Positions 55,998 to 64,000 of a DNA stretch of 64,000 bases are shown one piece after another. This stretch comes from Euprymna scolopes. Its lineage: Eukaryota. Both the position numbers and the translations under genes were made by a program. The stretch is taken from the NCBI GenBank assembly GCA_053919585.1, contig CM132809.1; one strand, 5' to 3'. A model generated the notes under the pieces. It was not told the DNA's origin, searched no databases, and saw only the letters and a list, made by a program, of their open reading frames with translations. Numbering within the stretch: position 1 is the stretch's first letter; each line of letters starts with the position of its first letter.

Positions 55998-56560
55998 TTC
56001 ATTCAATTTTCACCCCAAACAAGGCACATTGCCACTTTGAAGTAGGGGGCTATTATCAGGGACATAAATTGCAGGGGCATTATGAAGGGAGATGAGTGGC
56101 AAGATGTCTGTTCACATTACATTTGAACTTCTGCATGTCAGTACAGTTGGGAAATCAGAATCCTGGAAGGGAGTTCCAAAGTTTAGCAGTTCTGGGGAAG
56201 AAACTATTGGAGTAGAAGGCTTTCTTACACCTAGGGATCTCTACAGTGAAGGGGTGGGATTTAGCTGCTTGTCGGGGGTATTCACGTCGAGGGGGTTCAA
56301 GTCCTTGTAATTCGTCAGAGAATTCACCATTAAAGTATTTGTAGAACAGGCATAGGGATGCAACATTTCGTCGATGAGACAGAGGCTGGAGCCTAGAGGA
56401 CAGTTCAGGACCTATCAGGTTGGCGACTCTCTTTTGAACCAAGTAAAGGAGTAAGAGACAAGTAGCAGATGTTCCAGCCCAAATATGACAACACTACTTC
56501 ATAAATGGGCGAACATTGGCCTTATAGAGGTACCAGATACTTTCAGGCGTATGTAGTTTT
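55995..56560 (-). mobile_element. 5'-truncated CR1-group LINE (ORF2 C-terminus + 3' UTR)
   Basis: ORF 56155-56442: VQKRVANLIGPELSSRLQPLSHRRNVASLCLFYKYFNG...SFFPRTAKLWNSLP, preceded by a degenerate CCHIWAG motif. This is the typical post-RT region of CR1/L2-group LINEs. Confidence 0.88.
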
Positions 56561-56584
56561 CTCGCACGGTAGAGAGTCTCTCTC

Positions 56585-56588
<4 letters not shown>

Positions 56589-56640
<52 letters not shown>
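56589..56640. repeat. (AT)n microsatellite
   Basis: Direct reading. Confidence 0.97.
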
Positions 56641-56643
<3 letters not shown>

Positions 56644-57138
56644 CGTTGCCTACTTAAAAGTAGCCCTATCTCCTCAATCTTTCTCTTACCGATCAACTGA
56701 CACCATAACAAAAATGCAATTATTTTTTCAACAAGATGAAGCTATATGCCAGACGTTTCACAGATCACTGATATGACTTCATGACATGTTTACGGAAGAG
56801 AGAACAATAAGCAAATGATTACGTCCACCACGTTCCCCAGACTTATCATCATATGATTTATATGTTTGGGGGACTTTAAAGCAAAAAACAGGTTTAGGCA
56901 AATAATCCTAACAATCTAGACAAACTAAAGGAGAACATTACCAACGCTATCAGGAGAATCACCAGAGAAGATCTACAGACAGTATCAGCAAACGTTGTTA
57001 AACGTGCCAGAAATGCATAGATGTCAACGGAGAGCACTTCCAGCATCTTTTATAACACAACAGATATTTTAAACAATAAAAGAATGTTCCCTCTCTCTAC
57101 TATATTTTTTCTGTGCTACTTTTAAGTGGGCCACCCTT
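56641..57138 (+). mobile_element. Internally deleted IS630-Tc1-mariner transposon (~500 bp) retaining both TIRs and the transposase C-terminus
   Basis: Left TIR CAGCGTTGCCTACTTAAAAGTAGC (56641-56664) matches the reverse complement of 57115-57138 at 20/24, with TA on both flanks. Degenerate translation: FQQDEAIC...PPRSPDLSSYDLYVWGTLKQK...LDKLKENITNAI...CIDVNGEHFQHLL*. Confidence 0.88.
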
Positions 57139-57724
57139 TATTATTTTCACTGTAACTAAATATTTATGTGTCAATCTCTATGTACCTTCTCCCGCGTTCT
57201 TCCATTTCGTTCTTTCCCATATGGTCCGTTATTGAGTCGCAGATTAATCCCCCCCACACACCTGAGAGAAAACTATGCAAAATTGCATGTTATTTCCGCA
57301 ATCTTAACAGCGTAAAATCTGCCATCAAAATGTTCCCACCAAAAGAAAAAAGACCTCAAAAAACAAACAAACAAAAAAGAAACTGAGAAAAGAATTCACA
57401 TCAAAATGAAAGCCGTCTCGCGGAATTGTATCGCCATTTTCTAGTAGAATTGTTTTGTTTTTGTTTAACACTGCGTTCAACACACAATAGGTTAAATGGC
57501 TGACAACGATAGACAATAGCAAGAGAAACTATTTTCTCTTCGAATCTGGGACTTTTTTATGCCATGCGTTTGGATTAAAACATCACGAGATATTTTTAAA
57601 ATGTGTCCATTCAATCATAATATTAACTCTTCCCTCCCACAATATGAAGATTTTTCTCAAAGTCCGAAAGTAGATTTTTAAAAAAGCCAGTGAATCAGAA
57701 TTAGCACACTGTGATCAATCGACA

Positions 57725-58030
57725 TTCCCCGATAGAGGCACCTCAAACTTTAAATTGAAAACTCATGTTTTTTTTTTATTGCAAATTTGGCAACTATCGG
57801 TTATTTTGAGTTCAGCTTCATTTGGCAATTTGTCATGTGTTTTCAGCACGACGAAGCCATATGCCACAGGCTATGCGATACGATCACTTTACTAGAAGAA
57901 ACATTTGTTGAACAAATAATTTGACGAAATAGACCTGTACACTAGCTCCTTCGATCGTGCCATTTAACCACAATGGATTATTTTCTTTGGGGATATGTAA
58001 AGTCTAATATCTACGCTGATAAACCAGAAC
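57725..58030 (+). mobile_element. DD41D (rosa-like) Tc1/mariner transposase remnant
   Basis: From 57835: MCFQHDEAICHRLCDTITLLEETFVEQII*RNRPVH*LLRSCHLTTMDYFLWGYVKSNIYADKPE, with 41 residues between the second and third catalytic Asp and two in-frame stops. The left boundary is approximate. Confidence 0.82.
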
Positions 58031-58166
58031 GACCAAATACTGGAGAGTTCTGTTGTTACATCTGTGAACGAATATGCAAGAGTGAAGTTGGGCTGAAGAG
58101 ACATCTACGCGCACATGGACGCTCGACATCAACCTGAGAAATGGCAAGCTTCTGAGAAGAAATGAC

Positions 58167-58169
<3 letters not shown>
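58031..58169 (+). mobile_element. C2H2 zinc-finger-encoding fragment, probably the extreme 3' end of an RTE-clade LINE
   Basis: GEFCCYICERICKSEVGLKRHLRAHGRSTST* (58042-58137) fits CxxC-x12-HxxxH, followed by a short UTR and an (AT)n tract. Confidence 0.55.

Positions 58170-58221
<52 letters not shown>
58170..58221. repeat. (AT)n microsatellite
   Basis: Direct reading. Confidence 0.97.
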
Positions 58222-58223
<2 letters not shown>

Positions 58224-58272
58224 TAAAAAATCAATACGAAAACTATATAGATGTTTATATCTTTTCTATGTT

Positions 58273-58968
58273 TACTTCCTATGTGTTGACGTATAGGAAT
58301 ATAAAAGTCTTTCGAAAAAACGAAAATGTCTTTTTTAAAAGCACATAATTTTCTGACTGATCCTTCGGTCTTTTTCTGTGTTAATGACGGAAACATGAGT
58401 GCAGGGCGGACAGGGTTAGGAACAGGAGGAGAACGTGTATAGTCAATGAGGTTAAGATCTATGTTTGACTTGGAATGATTAGCAACTTGTGTGGCCTCTA
58501 TTCAAAACCAAGTCTTTTATAAAATGTTGAATTGGACACCCAGGCACTCCACGTACACACTCGCATATGTAAACATACATGCATGTACACCCGTACACTA
58601 CCACATATACTTTTACACGTACCCTTACACACACAGAATACGCACGCACGGACACGTTTATAGACGTACGTACCCATACACCTGGAGACTGATTAACAGA
58701 TGTAGGCGGATAAGATAACAGGAAACTTCTGACTAAAAACTGATGCTTCTCATTGGAATCATATATTTATTATGGTTCTAGGTATAGGACTGGGTGAAAG
58801 GATAACTGCTTGTCTGGATTGTCTACCTGCACACCCACACAATACACATTTATTTTCTTTAACCGCTTAATGTAGATTCTAGTGTCTATCATCAATTGAT
58901 ATATACACACATATAAGGTTTTAAAAAATAGACGAAGAATATTTTCCTTATTTTCATTTTTATTTAAT
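58273..58968 (+). mobile_element. Dispersed ~700-bp repeat, copy 1 (possibly a Helentron/HINE-like non-autonomous element)
   Basis: Near-identical to 63323-64000 in direct orientation (offset ~5050). Starts with the hairpin TTCCTATGTG-TTGA-CGTATAGGAA. The family assignment is inference. Confidence 0.8.
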
Positions 58969-59429
58969 TTATTCCTACTTTTGTCCAAGCATAATAAAAT
59001 AGCAGTGAAAACCTCTTAGATTTCGGGCTGTTTGATATATAACGTTTTTTGTCCGTCTGTGTGTCCATATATCTCTCCCTTTCTTCTCCGACATATATGC
59101 AAACTCGTATATACACATATATACCCATGCATGCATACATACATACATGATGATTGCAACGTCTTGTCAAACGAGTGCCACTCCTTCAAACACTTAAAGT
59201 CCATGAGTCCAAACATGACTTTATTTTTTAGTCCTACTGGTGAAAAATGCGAAGCTCGTTTGTTTGTTTACGAACAGGCGATTTGAGCACTATAAAAGTG
59301 GTGGCGGGTGTTCATTTAAATAGACATTCCAACGAGTTATTTACGGGCGTCAATTCCATGGTCGAGTGGGAGAACCGCCGACTGTCAACACGACGGTTCT
59401 ATGTTCAATCCTTGGCTTGGGAAAGATGC

Positions 59430-59487
59430 TAGTCTAGCGGCACTGATGAGTTGTGATACAACGAAACAGGACTGTATGTCGATGACT

Positions 59488-59488
<1 letters not shown>
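59430..59488 (+). ncRNA. Type I hammerhead ribozyme, near-canonical
   Basis: TAGTC-tag-CGGCA-CTGATGA-GTTGT-gat-ACAAC-GAAA-CAG-ga-CTG-TA-TGTCG-at-GACTA. Stem I is 5+5 bp with an internal loop, stem II is 5 bp, the core is intact, stem III is ACAG/CTGT, and the triplet is GUA (predicted cut after 59476). Confidence 0.9.

Positions 59489-59492
<4 letters not shown>

Positions 59493-59534
<42 letters not shown>
59493..59534. repeat. (AT)n microsatellite
   Basis: Direct reading. Confidence 0.97.
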
Positions 59535-59537
<3 letters not shown>

Positions 59538-60167
59538 CTGAAGGTCTCTGTGTGTATGCGTGGTGTGTTTGGTCACGAATAGGCTCCTATATGGCTGACT
59601 ACTTTAAAAAAACTTATTACATATAATGATAGAAGATGTATCAAGACACAGGAATGGGTATGTTTGATCTGGCAGAACAGTGGTACATTAAAATTGTGGG
59701 GAAATAAAAAATTTAAAAATAAAAAAAAACATTTACAAGTGTTTTTGATATAGATGTACATAAGAATACTTTGATAAGTATGTTGTAACGTAAATAGTGA
59801 TGGTAAAATAAAATTGATAATTATGTTTCAGTTTGAAAAAATATGGCATAATAAAATTATGGGGTGTTCGTTCGCGACTGACCTCTATAGACTGGAAATA
59901 TGTCACAAAGTTTTAGAAGGTTTTTTAATATAGATCCACAGAATATTGTGGCAAGTGTTTCAGTGTGAACAGGTATGATATAATAAATTATGGGGTTTAT
60001 CTATTTTATTTTTACTTTCATCATATTGTGCTTTGGTTTTGATACCCCCAAATTCGAAGTCCTCTTTTTACACCCCTTCCTTTTCATAACCTATCATACT
60101 TTAATAAATCAGAGTCCATTTTCTGTAGACTGCTTTTGAACCCAGTCAACGACGGGTACTTTTGCTA

Positions 60168-60168
<1 letters not shown>
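59525..60168 (+). mobile_element. Non-autonomous Helitron-like element
   Basis: The 3' terminus is a GC-rich hairpin ACCC-a-GTC-aac-GAC-GGGT (60140-60157) followed 7 nt later by CTAG|T (60165-60168), the canonical Helitron end. The 5' end (TATATAAAGCTGAAGG...TGTGTGTATG) merges into the (AT)n tract, so the 5' TC is not resolvable. Confidence 0.7.
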
Positions 60169-60213
<45 letters not shown>

Positions 60214-60305
60214 GAGCAAACAGTTAATAAAATATGTTAGAAAACACTTTGAAAAAGAGTTAAAACATATTTAATCTGAAAAGGAAACACTTGATAAGGT
60301 GATAG

Positions 60306-60354
60306 TCCTTAATCCACGGAGTTTCGAAGAAATACTTTCCTTCTCATCAGAGGG
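60306..60354 (-). ncRNA. Hammerhead motif in the inverted pseudo-LTR copy
   Basis: Minus strand: CCT-CTGATGA-GAAGGAA-agta-TTTCTTC-GAAA-CTCCGTGGAT-TA-AGG. Confidence 0.75.
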
Positions 60355-60367
60355 TAGGAATTAGCAA

Positions 60368-61943
60368 TATTATAGAGACGATGCCCTTTTTACTATAACA
60401 GCCAGGCCAAGAGAGTACAACAAAACAATAAAAAAAATTGCATAACTTCTTCAATAACTTTGGCCTTTCTATAATTATGGAACCAAACAAAAAAACTTCA
60501 AATTTTCTAGATGTTACACTTACTCTTAACACGGAAACTCATAGCCCCTATCATAAACCTAATCTTACGCTTTTATACGTCCATAAATCTTCTAACCATC
60601 CCAACTCAATTGTAAAATCTATAGTACCATCCATCTCTAGAAGAATTTTTGCTCTTTCTGCTGATAAATTTTTTTTAATCAAAATGCTACTTTCTTCAAT
60701 AATGCCTTAGCGAACTCATGACACAAGGAAAAGATTAAATACAGCAATTATGCTCCTCCTGCAGGCCGCCTTAAATCTGTAATCACACTCAATATGACTC
60801 GTAAGAAACCAGTTCAAATAACAAGATCTGCCGCTATCAATAACAAAGAACCAGTCTACGTATATAATCCAAACCAAAATACTAATCGTAATACCTCTAA
60901 CCCACCCAGTCGCATCAGAAGGAAGAAAAATATTTGGTTTACTCCTCCATTTAGCCTAAAATTCAAAACTAATATACCTAAGAAATTCTTCAACATTGTA
61001 CAAAACTCTTTCAAATACCCACATAGATATAGTTCTATTTTCAATAAAAATTCAATCAGGATTTCTTATTCAACAATGCCTAATTTAGCACAAAGAATCT
61101 TAACATCTAATAACAAAAAAATTAATCAGCCCAAAAAATCCCTTTCCCAATTAAACCCAAAACTAACTGTAATTGTAATAACAAACATCACTGTCCACTC
61201 AATAATGATTGCATCCATAAAGATGTTATACATTCTTGCACAATTACTGAGCTCCCACGCAATCCTCCCATAACAGACACTAATATTTCGTCTTCAAGTT
61301 ATCCTTCTTCCCATGCTCCATCTGATATAGTTACTAATCCAATACACCATTCGAGCAGCCCGTCCATCTACGATCATACAACTAGTAATAATGATAATAA
61401 TAATAATAATATTAATGAGAATAATAATATTTCTCCTAACAGCCATCCTAACACTAACAACATCCATTATCCCCTCCAAAATAGTCCTCATACAGACATT
61501 GTCCCACCATTTGCTGAACACTATGAACAAAATTCAAACCATTTAACTAATACAAATCAGCAAATTAATATTAATACCAGACCTCGAGCTTTTAATAAAG
61601 TACATACACATATCGGCGCTACTTCAACATTAAGTAAGAAAATAATATCAAACCACATTTCTTCTTTTGACAACCATAATTCTAATAATAACCAAGGAAC
61701 TTCTCTAACCACTTTAATTTAAAAACTTAGCTCTAACAATACCCCCATCTCAATCAAATGGACTATCATAAAAAAGTTAAGCCTTATACTCCAGGCTCTA
61801 AGTCATGTCGCCTCTGCACAACCGAATCTATAACTATAATTATTTCCCCTCAAAATAACAATATAATATATTCTAAAAATGAACTGATCTCTTTCTGTAA
61901 ACATAAGTCCAAATTTATTTATGGCAATTTTGAAATTACATAG
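60368..61943 (+). pseudogene. Penelope-like RT C-terminal half + linker + GIY-YIG endonuclease, with frameshifts and stops
   Basis: In order: YYRDDALF (RT catalytic motif, 60368-60391); NFLDVTL..PYHKPN..LYVHKSSNHP; RRKKNIWFTPPFS..KTNI..IFNKNSIRISYSTMPN; CNCNNKHHCPLNNDC (CxC-x5-C-x5-C, 61168-61212); DVIH...HIGATST; KWTIIKK/VKPYTPGSKSCRLCTTE...KNELISFCKHKSKF. Confidence 0.93.
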
Positions 61944-62971
61944 TTATTACTTTCATTTTTTATATAGATATTTAAATTTTTCTTCAACTTTATCGTTTTT
62001 TCTTTTTACATACTTCTTAATACTTTATAATTTAATAATTCTTTATTTTAATTCTTTATTTCTTCTTTGCATGACCGGTTTTTTATCTGCAATTTCTGCT
62101 TTATTCTTTAAACTTTCCTATCTATCTAATATATCAATTTACCAACACTTTCATATCTTGTATGTATATTTACTTATATTTTACTATATGCATTTACTTA
62201 CTTTCTTGCTTGCTTTTTCCTGAATTTGCAGATACCGGCCATCCTCTCCTCTTAAATATTTTTTTTAATTTTTTATATTTTATATTTTATTTTTTATTTA
62301 TTTATTTATTTATTGTTCATTTATTATTTTCTATTTATTTATTAATTTATTTATTTATTTCCTATTTAGTGTCTTCTAACAACTCTTGCTAACATGTTTT
62401 AAGTGACGACCTGTATATTTCAGTTGACCTATATTATTTTGCCCTATATATTTTTTCGTGTCTTTTAACATTTCCTGTTTGGGTCATTTTGACATTTGTT
62501 TTTCTATTTTATATTTAATTCTATAACTATTTAATTTTTTCCTCTTCTTCTTCCCTGAGCTTTCTTATTTATATTTATGTCTCAGCAGTAGAGTGAAAAA
62601 CATATCTTATTTTTCTTTTATTAATATTATTGGAATTGTCCCCCTTTTTTCCCTTGTGCACATTTTTGTCAATTATTCCATAGATTTCTGCCTTTGGATT
62701 ATTTTGGACCATCTTCCAATTACGGGATTTCCTTGGATTTTACTTGTGCAAATGGAAATTCAATTAACTTTCTTGAAGTTATATATTTGGATTTTTCCGT
62801 CACTGGATTATTTATCTTCCACCAGACTATCCATTCACGTGTAATCACCTTTTTCTTCACCATATTCCCCCTGCTTCACATTTTTGTTATCAAGTTAGAT
62901 CTTTGACTTACTTGTTGTTTCATCAAATACTTTTGCATGCAAAATCCGATCCCGCATTTTGCTAATTCCTA

Positions 62972-63020
62972 CCCTCTGATGAGAAGAAAAGTATTTCTTC
63001 GAAACTCCGCGGATTAAGGA
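62972..63020 (+). ncRNA. Hammerhead motif in the 3' pseudo-LTR of the Penelope-like element
   Basis: CCT-CTGATGA-GAAGAAA-agta-TTTCTTC-GAAA-CTCCGCGGAT-TA-AGG: perfect 7-bp stem II, palindromic TCCGCGGA in stem III, 3-bp stem I, UUA triplet with a C-U mismatch next to the core. Confidence 0.8.
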
Positions 63021-63267
63021 CTATCCACTTATCAAGTGTTTCCTTTTCAGATTAAATACGTTTTTAACTCTTTTTCAAAGTGTTTTTTAACATGTTTTAT
63101 TAACTGTTTGCTCGTATTATAAGCTCTATCTTCTATTTGGTTTTAACGAGCTTTTACATCTGGCTGAGATAACTTTATAAATATTAATTCTTTAATATTT
63201 ATTTTATACTTTAGTTTTACCATCTTGGATCATTTTGGTAAATTTAATTGTAATTTTTTTTTCATTT

Positions 63268-63272
<5 letters not shown>

Positions 63273-63324
<52 letters not shown>
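63273..63324. repeat. (AT)n microsatellite
   Basis: Direct reading. Confidence 0.97.
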
Positions 63325-63325
<1 letters not shown>

Positions 63326-64000
63326 TTCCTATGTGTTGACGTATAGGAATATAAAAGTCTTTCGAAAAAACGAAAATGTCTTTTTTAAAAGCACATAATT
63401 TTCTGACTGATCCTTCGGTCTTTTTCTGTGGTAATGACGGAAACATGAGTGCAGGGCGGACAGGGTTATGAACAGGAGGAGAACGTGTATAGTCAATGAG
63501 GTTAAGATCTATTTTGGACTTGGAATGATTAGCAACTTGTGTGGCCTCTATTCAAAACCAAGTCTTTTATAAAATGTTGAATTGGACACCCAGGCACTCC
63601 ACGTACACACTCGCATATGTAAGAATACATGCATGTACACCCGTACACTACCACATATGCTTTTGCACGTACCCTTACACACAGAATACGCATACGTACG
63701 TACCCATACACCTGGAGACTGATTAACAAATGTAGACGGATAAGATAACTGGAAACTTCTGACCAAAACTGATGCCTCCCATTGGAATCATAATTTTTTT
63801 ATGGTTCTAGGTATAGTATGGGGTGAAAGGATCACTGCTTGTCGAGATTGTCTACCCGCACGCCTACAAAACACACATTTATTTATTTTCTTCAACCGCT
63901 TAATGTAGATTCTAGTGTCTATCATCAATTGATATATACACACATATAAGGTTTTAAAAAATAGACGAAGAATATTTTTCTTTATTTTCATTTTTATTTA
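63323..64000 (+). mobile_element. Dispersed ~700-bp repeat, copy 2 (runs off the window end)
   Basis: Direct copy of 58273-58968 with scattered substitutions and a ~20-bp indel in the ACAC/TACG-rich part. Confidence 0.85.

Larger units (their letters stand above)
60211..63272 (+). mobile_element. 5'-truncated Penelope-like retroelement (C-terminal GIY-YIG type) with inverted pseudo-LTR, flanked by (AT)n
   Basis: RT/endonuclease pseudogene at 60368-61943, a ~1-kb T-rich 3' region, a ~157-bp inverted repeat (60211-60367 vs 62959-63116) carrying a hammerhead, and (AT)n on both sides (60169-60212, 63273-63324). Confidence 0.92.

Noticed and set aside
61921-62906. Hydrophobic F/L/I/Y-rich ORFs as membrane proteins
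   Set aside because: They are a by-product of T-rich low-complexity sequence in the PLE 3' region.
58273-64000. LTR retrotransposon defined by the two direct repeats
   Set aside because: No TG..CA ends, PBS, PPT or gag/pol; the interior consists of unrelated elements.

Overview
Eukaryotic, repeat-only window; the transposon repertoire suggests an invertebrate animal. No intact host gene is visible. Bases 1-51605 are one head-to-tail array of a 53-bp satellite (~970 monomers, consensus TATGTAGAAACAATTGTGATCTAACTCAACATCTCTTATAYCCATTGTGGAGG) with nested multi-kb higher-order duplications and a sharp right edge. The remaining ~12.4 kb is AT-rich transposon debris separated by (AT)n tracts: two CR1-group LINE 3' ends, two Tc1/mariner remnants, an RTE-like zinc-finger end, a non-autonomous Helitron, a twice-present ~700-bp dispersed repeat, and a 5'-truncated Penelope-like element (RT + GIY-YIG) with an inverted pseudo-LTR. 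The most notable signal is six hammerhead-ribozyme(-like) motifs from about five different families within ~11 kb. One is a nearly canonical type I hammerhead, and one is coupled to a tRNA-derived Pol III promoter in a ~285-bp SINE/retrozyme-like unit. The Penelope endonuclease also carries a stop-free ~115-codon insertion inside its GIY-YIG motif. All calls were read by eye; no database searches were run.
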